In this document: piece after piece, positions 1-9,838 of the stretch
How positions within the stretch are numbered: the first letter of the stretch is position 1
Layout of the letters: every line of letters starts with the position of its first letter
Assembly (NCBI RefSeq): GCF_000621645.1
Contig: NZ_JHXR01000031.1
Coordinates: 1-21,934 of the forward strand
Origin: Vibrio cholerae ATCC 14035
Lineage (GTDB): Bacteria > Pseudomonadota > Gammaproteobacteria > Enterobacterales > Vibrionaceae
Direction: 5' to 3'
Length of the DNA stretch: 21,934 nt
Notes under the pieces: model-generated
What the model was told of the DNA's origin: nothing
Database searches by the model: none
What the model saw: the letters and a program-made list of their open reading frames with translations, nothing else
Translations under genes and position numbers: made by a program

Positions 1-340
<340 letters not shown>

Positions 341-2152
341 AATCTTGCTGAGCGATTCACAAATAAAAAGTGGAAGAACAAGCTTTATCTTTATCCCATC
401 GATGTCCGTTCAGCAAGAGGCTCTCGATTTGTAGCCGAAGCTGTTTGTAAGGCTTTTAATACTGCTATTGATGATGGCTTCATTGAATACGAACACAAAT
501 TCTCAATTGAAAATATTGATGAAATCACAGGTGGTACTGCATTCCGTGAGTGTGCTGAGTACTTAGAGCGGAATAATAAAGTCATGGTTGTCTTTTTCGA
601 CCAATTCGAAGAAGTTTTCATGAAAGAAGAGCTTTTCTCTCTATTCCGCTCATTTAGAAGATTCGCACTTGATGTTTCGGCAGAGAAGACCAATGTGGTT
701 GTCGGCTTCTCTTGGCGTACAGGGATATTTTTAGGAGATGATAATCCAGCTTACGGCCTGTGGCATGACTTACGTGATCATCGCACTGAAAAACGCTTGA
801 AGACATTTGATGAAAAAGATTCAAGAAAACTGATTTCCACATTCGAAGCAGAAGCTGACATTACCCTCACCAAGCCTTTAAAGGCACGCTTGATACAGCA
901 AGCTCAAGGTTTTCCTTGGTTCTTGAAAAAGCTATGTATCCATCTTTTCAAGAAGATAAAAGAGGGCAACTCTCAAGAAGAGCTACTTATCAGCCAGATG
1001 CAAATAAAGAATTTGTTTGAAGAAGATCTAGATCGCCCATCTCGTGAAGTTGATTGTTTAAAATTTGTTGCTAAAAAGTCCCCTGTAGACAGATATGAAG
1101 CAACCAAAGAGTTTGGTGATAAGACGGTTTCTCAATTGATTTCTGACAGACTGCTAATTAAGACAGGTGAGAAAATCTCGGTCTATTGGGACGTGTTCAG
1201 GGATTATTTAACTACAAATGAAGCTCCAGTCATATCTTGGGCATTTATGCCTAACTACGGTACAAATATGTCTCTAAAGCTTATTGAGCTTATAAAAGAT
1301 GATGCTGCTTCGATAGATGAGTTGGTTGAGAGGACTAGTTATAGTAAAGGGACAATACAAAACATTTTTATTGACCTTTCATCATTCTCATTGGTTGTTA
1401 AGACTAGTGATGATAAGTACAAGCTGAACTGCGATATTGACGAGATACCTGAAAAAGTGCGCACCCAAATGTTGGGACATACGATCTATAAAGAATCTAT
1501 GTCTGCATTTAAAGCAGGCAACAAGTCGTATATCTCTATCGATGATATAGCTCAGATAACAAATAGCGCATACTCTTCCGAAGCAGGTAGAGCACATGAT
1601 CAGTATGTAAATCGAATTATTTCGTGGCTAAGGTATTCAGGACTAATCAGCCTCTTACGTGACAAAGTTAGGGTTTATGATGCAAATAATTATTCCCCTG
1701 ATTTCGGTGAGATAACAGGGGGCAGAAATAAATCTAGTCTATTCTTGGCTGCTAGCAACTTTGAAAATGCAGTGCTACTTATTGATAAGTTGATTAAACA
1801 AGGCTCTATCGAGCAATCTGAACATGGGGCTAGGAATGTTATTGCTGATTTAGTCGCTCTTGGAATTTGCCGAAGAGTGAGTGGTAACAAGATAGAGTTA
1901 GTAAAAACCAGCGATCCCGACCTGACAATTGAGCAACATCTAGCAATACAAGTTTTAAGTGCTGATACTGTAATACTGCTTGATGCGTTGGTTCTGAAAT
2001 ACGGTGATGACTTAAACACTCTTGTTGAAAAAATGTCGCATGAATTAGGTAAGAAGTGGAAGCCTGCATCGGGGCAGAGATATGTAAGAGCTTTATTGCG
2101 TTATCGTAATTTAGCAAAAAATACGATAGCAGCAAATATGGAGAACGACTAA
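341..2152 (+). pseudogene. 5'-truncated STAND/AAA+ (ATPase_2/ORC-Cdc6-like) NTPase with winged-helix-like C-terminal modules
   Basis: The ORF-track start at 329 is a TTG inside the IS3 end, and there is no ATG before the Walker-B-like VMVVFFDQFEE. No Walker A is present, presumably lost or separated by the IS. The STAND-style arm LKTFDEKDSRKLI...AQGFPWFLKKL follows. The C-terminal ~350 aa contains three wHTH-like stretches (KFVAKKSPVDRYEATKEFG.., IDELVERTSYSKGTIQNIF.., ARNVIADLVALGICRRVSGNKIELV). Family call is from motif memory only. Confidence 0.5.
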
Positions 2153-2252
2153 ATTAAAATGTTTAAAAGCAGCCCAAGTGGATTAGTCTGGATTCGACCC
2201 GCCGCTCCCAAGTCATTATACAATCAAATCAGATTTGGCTGGTTACCCTAAC

Positions 2253-2314
2253 CTAACTCATTTCTGTCCAGAACCTTCACAGATGGCACTTCGAAACTCA
2301 GAAGTGCCCCAAAA
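2253..2314 (+). repeat. Intergenic motif copy A: CTAACTCATTTCTGTCCA, an 8-bp hairpin, then GTGCCCCAAAA
   Basis: The 18-mer matches 5678-5695 at 17/18 positions. Hairpin GGCACTTC(2285-2292)/GAAGTGCC(2301-2308). TGCCCCAAA follows, as in copy B. Confidence 0.6.
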
Positions 2315-2532
2315 TGTTTTAGGTCAGTTTTTCTGTACAGCATTCATTTTGGTATTTGACTTATTTTTCCTTATGCCAAAACTCTAGCTATACGGCCAAA
2401 TTTGCTCAGCCAGTAGACTATATCTACGTATATCAAATCGATGTCTTTGTAATCTCTACACCTTCCCCACAATTTAGCACACAGGTAATATGATACAATC
2501 ATCGTATTGTGCGGTTTTGCGGATACATAAAA

Positions 2533-3774
2533 ATGGCAGAGTTGTTTTATCAAGGTAGCAGTGAAATTGATCGAAAAGACTTAGAGAGTCATTTGTCCTC
2601 TTTGTGTCAACTAGAAAACGTAGGGGTATTACTTGGTGCAGGCGCTTCCAAGAGTGCAGGTGGTATGGTCATGAAAGAGATTTGGTTAGACTTTAAATCT
2701 CGAAATGAACCAATGCTTCCGATATTGAGAGATCAGTACAAACTGATTAGCCAAGAGGAGATTGATGCTGGCTCTGTCAATATTGAACTTTTGATTGATG
2801 AGGTGCTTAAAAACAAGAGCGTGATGGATACTTGGCAGCAAGACTCAACTGCTTTGTTTAATGTCTTGGTTGAACTATATCGCTCAGTAACCAAAGCTGC
2901 CTTATTGGTAAATTCAGACTTTCCTGAACTTCACATAGGGAAGAATGAGAAGTTTGATAAACATAGAAATTTACTAGAAAAGCTGCTGTCAAATCGCCAA
3001 CCTGGTCAAGCTGCACCATCCATTTTCACTACAAATTATGATTTAGCCATAGAGTGGTCAGCAGAAGAGTCAGGGATCAACCTCATAAATGGCTTTTCGG
3101 GCATTCATTCAAGAACCTTTCAACCTCACTCCTTCGATTTAGGGTTTCGTAATATAAACGCAGTGGGAGAAGCTCGTTTCGGACATTACAACATGTACCT
3201 ATACAAGCTTCACGGTTCATTGACTTGGATTCAAGATGAAAGCGGGGAAGTCATCGAATGCACTAGTTCAAAAGCTTACCAAGATTTCATTAACCCTCTG
3301 ATAAAAAATAGTAATTTCACTGAGAATCAACGTCTAATTTATCCTGGAGCCAACAAGTACCACCATACAATTGGTTTTGTATATGGTGAAATGTTCCGCC
3401 GATTTAGTGAGTTTTTGACTAAACCACAGACCACTCTATTCGTTAATGGTTACGGTTTTGGAGATTACCACATCAATAGAATTATTCTTGGCGCTTTACT
3501 TAATCCATCTCTTCATATCGTTATCTGCTATCCAGAATTGGCAGAGCTTTGTGCAAACAGTCAGCTTCAAAATGGATTGAGTCAAGCCCAACGATGCATT
3601 GATAAAATAAGAAAAATGAAACTAAATCAAGTCACAATCATAGGCGGCACTGATGCTTACTTTGATAACTTCGTGGATTTGATTCCAAAACCTGTTTTGT
3701 TCCCTAAAAATAATGCAGCCAAAGTGATAGCTGAAGCTATTCAAGACCTTGGTTCAAGTAACAATGGGGAATAG
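2533..3774 (+). CDS. SIR2-family NADase-like protein (SIR2 component of a SIR2-HerA defence pair)
   Basis: Motifs VLLGAGASKSAGG (Rossmann GAGxS), IFTTNYDLAIE and YKLHGSLTW (catalytic His region) match the defence-type SIR2 pattern. ATG 2533 is preferred over the track's GTG 2509. The stop lies 3 nt before the herA ATG. Confidence 0.8.
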   Translation: MAELFYQGSSEIDRKDLESHLSSLCQLENVGVLLGAGASKSAGGMVMKEIWLDFKSRNEPMLPILRDQYKLISQEEIDAGSVNIELLIDEVLKNKSVMDTWQQDSTALFNVLVELYRSVTKAALLVNSDFPELHIGKNEKFDKHRNLLEKLLSNRQPGQAAPSIFTTNYDLAIEWSAEESGINLINGFSGIHSRTFQPHSFDLGFRNINAVGEARFGHYNMYLYKLHGSLTWIQDESGEVIECTSSKAYQDFINPLIKNSNFTENQRLIYPGANKYHHTIGFVYGEMFRRFSEFLTKPQTTLFVNGYGFGDYHINRIILGALLNPSLHIVICYPELAELCANSQLQNGLSQAQRCIDKIRKMKLNQVTIIGGTDAYFDNFVDLIPKPVLFPKNNAAKVIAEAIQDLGSSNNGE

Positions 3775-3777
3775 GCG

Positions 3778-5589
3778 ATGAGCTACAACGATATGTCCCA
3801 AATAGGATACGTAGTATCTCTAGAAGGCACTAAAATTCGGGTAAATCTGTTAGATAGCCATAAAGGACAACTAGCTTCACATAGAGGTGGAGTGAACTCT
3901 GTGTCTCAACCTGGAGACTTAATAGCTTTTGAGGCAGGTAGGCATCTGATAGTAGCACGTGTGACCGATATGTCCTTTGTTGAACCAGAAAAAGCACATG
4001 CTACTAAGTTTGGTACGATGAATGTATCAGACATACCGTTAAGACAATTAGTTTGCCATGCTATTGGGCACATAAAATCAACCGAAGACAGACTGCACTT
4101 TATTTCTGAAAACTGGATGCTACCTCCTTTAGGAGCTAAAGCTCTTCCACTAGATAAAGATCTCTTAAATATTGTGTTTGGCATATCAGAGGAAGAACTA
4201 AAATTTTCCTTAAGGCTTGGCAGCGACGCCAGAACCCGTACAGTAGAAATTCGAGCGGGTGTAAATAAGTTGTTAAGTAGGCATTTAGCGGTACTAGGAA
4301 GTACTGGGTATGGCAAATCTAACTTCAATGCTTTGATTACAAGACAGATAGCAGAAAATTTTCCGAGTTCAAGAATTGTAATCTTCGATATTAATGGAGA
4401 GTACGCCCAAGCGTTTGAAGGCTTGAAAAATGTGCGGCAAACCGTATTAGGGGTAGGCACAAATATTGAGTCTGATGATGTGTTCTCAAAGGAGCACGTT
4501 AACTACCATCGGATACCTTACCAGTCTCTTGGCTGGGCTGGTTTAATCAAACTACTTAGACCGAGTGACAAAACACAATTACCAGCACTACGAAACGCAC
4601 TGCGTTCTTTACCTTTTGTGAAGACAAATCCAGCCAATCCGAATGAAATGTTGGTAGAGCAATATGATTCAAGCTCTGGTATTACAAATAGTTTCGCCCT
4701 AGTAGATGACTGTAGTCCAAACAATCAAGCTAATTTAAGCTCCTGGTTGAATGTTCTTCAACAACAGTATGTAAAGAGGCAAGTTCAATGGCCTCCGTTC
4801 AAGGCATTAGCCAACTTAGTAGCAGAATTTGGCTGTGTGGCTGCGAGTCGAAATGCTGGTTCAAGTGAAAGGAATGCTTTCAATTATGGAAATGTTCTAC
4901 CTCTGATTAAAATTATCCAGCAGCTTTCCGAAGACTCTCGTTTTACAGAAGTATTAGACACAACTGGTGGGCAAAGCATAAATGCAGCGAAGACTTGGGA
5001 CGCTCCTCTACAAGATGAAGTTGACTATATTTTTGGTAAACCAAAAGGAACTCCTCAAGATTGGAATGTTCACATAATCAACTTGAAAGGACTAGCTGAT
5101 GATTTATCCCCGTTAGTTCTAGGCGCTCTTCTCGAAATGTACGCAGAAGTACTCTTTAAGCGTGGGCAAAATAATAGCTACCCAACGTTACTCTTATTGG
5201 AAGAAGCTCATCAATATCTGCGTGACCCTTATGCTGAAGATGCAAATCAATTAAAAGCTTATGAGCGATTAGCTAAAGAAGGTCGCAAGTTCGGTTGCTC
5301 ATTACTAGTTAGTACACAGAGACCATCTGAACTTTCTTCTACTGTTTTGGCCATGTGTTCCAACTGGTTATCATTGAGATTAACTAATGAACGAGATCTC
5401 AATGCATTACGACATGCTATGGAAAATGGAAATGAAACTGTATTAAGCGAAATATCTGGTTTACCTAGAGGAGATGCTGTGGGATTTGGCTCCGCATTTA
5501 ATATTCCAGTGAGAATGACAATTGATGAGGCAGTACCTGGCCCAGCCTCAACAGATGCCAATTTTGCTGAGGTTTGGAGTGATGGGTAA
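3778..5589 (+). CDS. herA: HerA-like (FtsK/HerA superfamily, DUF87-type) ATPase, partner of SIR2
   Basis: Walker A LAVLGSTGYGKSN, Walker B LLLLEEAHQYL and the STQRPSEL motif. The N-terminal SQIGYVVSLEGTKIRVNLLD is barrel-like. Tightly coupled to the upstream SIR2 gene. Confidence 0.85.
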   Translation: MSYNDMSQIGYVVSLEGTKIRVNLLDSHKGQLASHRGGVNSVSQPGDLIAFEAGRHLIVARVTDMSFVEPEKAHATKFGTMNVSDIPLRQLVCHAIGHIKSTEDRLHFISENWMLPPLGAKALPLDKDLLNIVFGISEEELKFSLRLGSDARTRTVEIRAGVNKLLSRHLAVLGSTGYGKSNFNALITRQIAENFPSSRIVIFDINGEYAQAFEGLKNVRQTVLGVGTNIESDDVFSKEHVNYHRIPYQSLGWAGLIKLLRPSDKTQLPALRNALRSLPFVKTNPANPNEMLVEQYDSSSGITNSFALVDDCSPNNQANLSSWLNVLQQQYVKRQVQWPPFKALANLVAEFGCVAASRNAGSSERNAFNYGNVLPLIKIIQQLSEDSRFTEVLDTTGGQSINAAKTWDAPLQDEVDYIFGKPKGTPQDWNVHIINLKGLADDLSPLVLGALLEMYAEVLFKRGQNNSYPTLLLLEEAHQYLRDPYAEDANQLKAYERLAKEGRKFGCSLLVSTQRPSELSSTVLAMCSNWLSLRLTNERDLNALRHAMENGNETVLSEISGLPRGDAVGFGSAFNIPVRMTIDEAVPGPASTDANFAEVWSDG

Positions 5590-5677
5590 TCATCAAGTTG
5601 ATTGAATACTAGAACTAGACTTTTTGCTAATTACCCAAATTCAGCTTATCCGAACCAGATGGTGTAGAGCAGTAAAT

Positions 5678-5738
5678 CTAAGTCATTTCTGTCCATCTTC
5701 GAGCTAGCTGATTTGGCTAGCTCAGATCTGCCCCAAAG
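5678..5738 (+). repeat. Intergenic motif copy B: CTAAGTCATTTCTGTCCA, an 8-bp hairpin, then CTGCCCCAAAG
   Basis: Matches copy A at 17/18 positions. Hairpin GAGCTAGC(5701-5708)/GCTAGCTC(5716-5723) has a different sequence but the same position and stem length as in copy A. TGCCCCAAA at 5729-5737. Confidence 0.6.
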
Positions 5739-5847
5739 CGAGTTACAATCAGGGGCAAAAAAAATTATTTACAGGGTCGCTAGATATCACACATTTTTTG
5801 AGTCAGTCTTCTACTAGACTCCATCGGTGTTTGTGTACAGATGCATA

Positions 5848-7224
5848 CTAGTTATGAGTAACGAATCCCAGTTCACCAATGGAGTCCCTAACAGCCGCCA
5901 TATCTTCTTTAGCGAGTAACTCGTGATCTAAAGCCAATACCAACCTCTTCTTGGCACGAGTAAGAGCGACATAGACCTTTTTCCATTCTTTATTAAATCG
6001 GTTTGCTTCGCTAATAGCATTTTGGGTCAAGTATTTTAGGGTATTAGAGCTAAGTATGATTACACACACATCAGCATCCAATCCCTTGATAGATTCGATA
6101 CTTTGGACTTTGAATTGAACGTCATGTCCCGTACAAGAATTGCACAGCTCAAGTAATTGGGCTAAGTGTTGTTTACTAAGTGTCAAGCCATGACTGGTTT
6201 TTAGCCTATTGATAGCAATTCTTGCACCGACTTCGGCGACATCGTCCATAAAGTCAGAAAAAGCTGCTTTAACAAACAAAGCTTTGTCTTTCTTGTGGTT
6301 AGAATCACGAATCATTTCCTCGATCTCTCGTGGGAATGCGTGTTTGTGTTTAGACGAAGTGGTATAGCGACCATTCTTTTTGTCGATACAAACAAGTTGT
6401 TTTGTATCTAAGTAGTTCGTTAGTAGCTCGTCATATCGTCCGTCCGTCGATTCAATGTACATGAGTTCACCAACCATTTCTGATAGTGACTCTTGTTGTT
6501 GACCTTCATAACAGAAGCTGTTTGAGACCGCTAGTATCTCTGTGGGTACTCGTCTGGTTTGATTGTTGATCGGTAGTATAGTCGCGTATTCTTTTGGAGC
6601 TACTTTTCGAACGAAAGCATCAAGATCTTGGGGAAACTTGATGGCTTGTTTTGGATCTCCGATCATATACACATCAATATCGTTGCACCCTAGAACTTCG
6701 AAAAAACGGAGTGCATCTTTGTCTAAGTCTTGGACTTCATCGATGAATATCTTGTCAAAGCAGCTTCCTAGAATAGCCAATAGTCTGCGGACTTTTGCTT
6801 TCTTCGCTCTGTTATTGTGCTTGCTGATGGTTTCATCAACAATTTGTTTAGCGATGTTGTATACGCTCTCGGCATGAATGACGTTCTTATCTTTTAATCG
6901 TTTTAAGTGCCAGTTTTTGAATCTAGCATCGCTCGGTAACATCATTATTGATGCGTCGTTATACACATCTCCGAGAGTGAATGACGAGAATGGGTAGATG
7001 ATTTCGTTTAACAAGAAGCTATGTACGGTCTGTATACAGAGATTCGACGGAATAAAGCCATGCTGTTTGATTATCTCTTGTTCTATCTTCGCTGTTGCAG
7101 AGTTTGTGTACGTCAGTGCAAATGTCTTTTTGTGACTAGTACAAGCTTCGATGTGCTCTATCAAAGTCTTTGCTAAGCCATAAGTTTTCCCAGCACCTGC
7201 ACCAGCAATCTGTACTTCTATCAT
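5848..7224 (-). CDS. gajB: Gabija GajB, UvrD/PcrA-like SF1 helicase
   Basis: IAGAGAGKTYGL (Walker A), IFIDEVQDL (motif II) and VYVALTRAKKRLVL (motif VI). There is a 4-nt ATGA overlap with the upstream gajA stop. Confidence 0.8.
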   Translation of the reverse strand: MIEVQIAGAGAGKTYGLAKTLIEHIEACTSHKKTFALTYTNSATAKIEQEIIKQHGFIPSNLCIQTVHSFLLNEIIYPFSSFTLGDVYNDASIMMLPSDARFKNWHLKRLKDKNVIHAESVYNIAKQIVDETISKHNNRAKKAKVRRLLAILGSCFDKIFIDEVQDLDKDALRFFEVLGCNDIDVYMIGDPKQAIKFPQDLDAFVRKVAPKEYATILPINNQTRRVPTEILAVSNSFCYEGQQQESLSEMVGELMYIESTDGRYDELLTNYLDTKQLVCIDKKNGRYTTSSKHKHAFPREIEEMIRDSNHKKDKALFVKAAFSDFMDDVAEVGARIAINRLKTSHGLTLSKQHLAQLLELCNSCTGHDVQFKVQSIESIKGLDADVCVIILSSNTLKYLTQNAISEANRFNKEWKKVYVALTRAKKRLVLALDHELLAKEDMAAVRDSIGELGFVTHN

Positions 7225-8918
7225 GATACCGCCTCGATGACCTCAGCGATGTGAGCTGGTAACTTGATATCCAGTGGATTCTCTTCATCAACCATCGCAT
7301 CACATACATCAAGCATTCTTGCTGTCTTACCATTAATCATGTGCTTGGATACTGCGTCGAGGTCGCCTTCCATTTCGAATAAATCATTTAGTAAAGCTAG
7401 GTTGTCTTCTGCTTCTACTAAATCAATTTCAAGTGTGTAGTTTGTTGTTGTTCTTACAGTGACATTCGCATGCGCTGTGTCATAGGTATCATGTTTGGCT
7501 TTAGCCGCATCTGAATTGTCATAATCACGGACAACACCAATTTTCTTATTCTGGTTATCTTTGTTCAAGGCTAGCCATATATCTAAGAAAGTGGCGTAAC
7601 CACGTTGACCAATTGGAATAATATCGATGTCGTTGAGGGCTGGTTGTTTAGACAGATAAGTGCTGATTAGCATTTCTTCAGTCGGCCCCTCTACGAGAAT
7701 TACTTTGTTCGCAAACAGCAGCTTTAAGATGTCGAAGTTAGGTCTCTTTCTTAGGTAGTCAACTAGCTTAGTTGGAGTATCAGACAGACTAATTGCTTTC
7801 TCGCCAGTAAACGCCAACACATTAGAAAGCTTCAACTTGTTGATGATCGATGGGTTATGGGTCGAAATGATAGTTTGTACAAGCGAGCCGCTGTTGCTTG
7901 AGCTTTTCTCAATGAAGTCTCTTACTAAACGAAGGTTGTTAACGCTCAAGTGTGCTTCTGGTTCTTCTATACAGCACAAGTTGAATGTATCACCACATGA
8001 CTTGTAGTAAGCAAACAGGATGAGTATGTAGATAAGATTTCGTTGCCCTAAGCCTTTTTGGTACAGAAATTCATTACCGTATTTCAAAGTGATGTTCGAT
8101 AAGATGTTCTTCAAATTAGGCAGGTTAGGAGTGCACTCAAGCTGTTTGATAATACTGTCGTAATTCTCAAAATCGTCATTAGCTCCAATGACTTTGTCGA
8201 ATGTTTCAGTCTTTTCAATAGCACTAAAGAACTCAGAGTAGGCTGTATTGATCTGACCTTTGTCGTCATCGTTGAGAGTGTTCATAAGCAGCTTGGTGAA
8301 AATGCTATTGGACTTCATTGAACTGCTTTCTGAGAAGTCATCTCGCTCTGCATTGATACTATGGATACTGACGTGTTTTAAGTCACTGTATGCGATAGGC
8401 TTTTCGTTGTTCACAGATACGACTTGGTAGTCGTAAAGCTCAACGGGTAGAGTAAACCAGTTAATATCATCTAAAGTCTTACCAGCGAGCGATTTCTTTA
8501 CAACCTCAAGCAAGTCTTTGTCGTCTTTAGGCTTAAAGTCGTATCTAATTTTGTATGTTTCTTCGCCTCCATCAGCAACAATCCACTTAGCCAACAGAGC
8601 TGTTTCATAAGCATCTTTCGGATCTGCGAACTCTACGGTTACGGATACTTTAGGGATCTTTGTAAGCTGATTATCTTCAGTGTCATCATCGACAACAGAC
8701 TTTAGAAAATCAATCACGGCATCTTTGTTAATGTCTGAGACACTCAATCGCTTCTGGTTGAAGTCTATTTGGTTGCCGCTTAACGGTAACGAAAGTGCGG
8801 TGAAAAAGTTCGTCTTACCAGTATCGTTTTCACCAATGACAACTGTTAGCTGCTGAAGCTGTGCTTCGAAAAAGCGGAAGCTGCGGTAGTTTTTGATCGT
8901 TACCTTTTTGATGTACAT
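7221..8918 (-). CDS. gajA: Gabija GajA, OLD-family ABC-ATPase/TOPRIM nuclease
   Basis: KKVTIKNYRSF..VVIGENDTGKTNFF (Walker A), CCIEEPEAHLS (Walker B/D-loop), VILVEGPTEEMLI and VRDYDNSD (OLD-type TOPRIM). ATG 8918 has AGGGAA 7 nt upstream and is preferred over the track's GTG 8939. Confidence 0.85.
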   Translation of the reverse strand: MYIKKVTIKNYRSFRFFEAQLQQLTVVIGENDTGKTNFFTALSLPLSGNQIDFNQKRLSVSDINKDAVIDFLKSVVDDDTEDNQLTKIPKVSVTVEFADPKDAYETALLAKWIVADGGEETYKIRYDFKPKDDKDLLEVVKKSLAGKTLDDINWFTLPVELYDYQVVSVNNEKPIAYSDLKHVSIHSINAERDDFSESSSMKSNSIFTKLLMNTLNDDDKGQINTAYSEFFSAIEKTETFDKVIGANDDFENYDSIIKQLECTPNLPNLKNILSNITLKYGNEFLYQKGLGQRNLIYILILFAYYKSCGDTFNLCCIEEPEAHLSVNNLRLVRDFIEKSSSNSGSLVQTIISTHNPSIINKLKLSNVLAFTGEKAISLSDTPTKLVDYLRKRPNFDILKLLFANKVILVEGPTEEMLISTYLSKQPALNDIDIIPIGQRGYATFLDIWLALNKDNQNKKIGVVRDYDNSDAAKAKHDTYDTAHANVTVRTTTNYTLEIDLVEAEDNLALLNDLFEMEGDLDAVSKHMINGKTARMLDVCDAMVDEENPLDIKLPAHIAEVIEAVS

Positions 8919-9055
8919 AAGAATTTCCCTAAAAAGCACACAAGTGCATATGCCACTAATATACTACAAGTCATGTGGTTACTGTATTGTTCCAACTACT
9001 TGTTGGGGCCTAAGTGTGATCGCACGTAACTCGGAAATGTCCAATTGTGTGTAAT

Positions 9056-9418
9056 TCAAAGTAAAGGAGAACTGCCCATTACGATCTCGAACTTCGTAAA
9101 CAACGCTATTGGTCGAGATTCCATTCCCCTCACATCCAGATAAGCAAAGCCCTTAGATGAAAGAGCTTCGAAAGCATCAGTAACATCCTTGATACTACGC
9201 CCACTCATTTCAGCAAGTTCATCAAGATTGTTTGGCTTCTCGCGAGCAATCAAATTCAACAGTTCAACATTTTCGTTAGACAAGAGTTGTGAAAGCGCAG
9301 CCAGTGACTCAAACAAAAATTTTGGGTAAGGTTCTTCAGGCGTCACTTTTCCTTCTGCAATGCGAATCATGCGCTTACGAGCAAGCTCTTCTGATAGAAT
9401 GCCGATTTTTGCTTTCAT
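9056..9418 (-). CDS. Small winged-HTH DNA-binding protein (MarR/ArsR-like, antitoxin-type regulator)
   Basis: ...LSQLLSNENVELLNLIAREKPNNLDELAEMSGRSIKDVTDAFEALSSKGFAYLD is a wHTH pattern. SD-like AGGAGTGAGGA ends 4 nt before ATG 9418, so the track start at 9445 is less likely. Confidence 0.65.
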   Translation of the reverse strand: MKAKIGILSEELARKRMIRIAEGKVTPEEPYPKFLFESLAALSQLLSNENVELLNLIAREKPNNLDELAEMSGRSIKDVTDAFEALSSKGFAYLDVRGMESRPIALFTKFEIVMGSSPLL

Positions 9419-9573
9419 ACAATCCTCACTCCTAATAGTCGCCATCTAAATCGACTGAATAATCACCGACGATCACATCTAATTCTTTTTTCATTTCTTG
9501 GGAAGGAGCAATCAACAGAAGTGGTTCTCACACGAAGTTTCTGTTAGTCCACTGATCTTTTCTTTTTCGCGCT

Positions 9574-9777
9574 TCATTGCTGGATACTCCCATTTTTTAT
9601 TGACGCAATCACTTTTAATAAATCGGCCGTGATTGCTGAACATTTGTCATTCATAAAAAACGTTACTTCATCTCCAAATTTCATCGTTACGATACCGCTT
9701 TTATCGACACTTAACAGCGCGAAAGACTGCTTCAAGTCGAGAGTCGTGTTACTTCCATTGGTCGTGGTTTCAGCCAT
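9574..9777 (-). CDS. Hypothetical 67-aa protein, 61 nt downstream of hipA
   Basis: ATG 9777 is preceded by GAGGGG. No recognisable domain. Co-oriented with the hipA operon. Confidence 0.4.
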   Translation of the reverse strand: MAETTTNGSNTTLDLKQSFALLSVDKSGIVTMKFGDEVTFFMNDKCSAITADLLKVIASIKNGSIQQ

Positions 9778-9838
9778 ATTTCCCCTCACTGCTAACGAGT
9801 ATGTTTACAACACGGGCAACCATTGTTACACCAGATGT

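Noticed and set aside
2186-2212. tRNA/tmRNA-3'-end-like GGATTCGACCCGCCGCTCCCA as a possible att site
   Set aside because: No complementary T-stem or acceptor stem can be drawn, and there is no CCA-type end.
2491-2499. Extended -10-like TGATACAAT upstream of the SIR2 gene
   Set aside because: It is a plausible promoter, but the -35 region (ATTTAG/TTTAGC) is poor and I cannot discriminate it from other AT-rich hexamers nearby.
3906-4460. 184-aa antisense ORF inside herA, and similar antisense ORFs inside the NTPase ORF, gajB, btuB, the protease gene and murI
   Set aside because: These are shadow ORFs on the opposite strand of well-supported genes, with low-complexity composition, no SD and no motifs.
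5840-5853. 14-nt exact repeat GATGCATACTAGTT, also at 15748-15761
   Set aside because: About one same-strand 14-mer coincidence is expected by chance in 22 kb, and the flanks show no extended similarity.
9026-9043. Third copy of the intergenic motif (GTAACTCGGAAATGTCCA)
   Set aside because: Only ~13/18 positions match, and there is no following hairpin or TGCCCCAAA in the same orientation.
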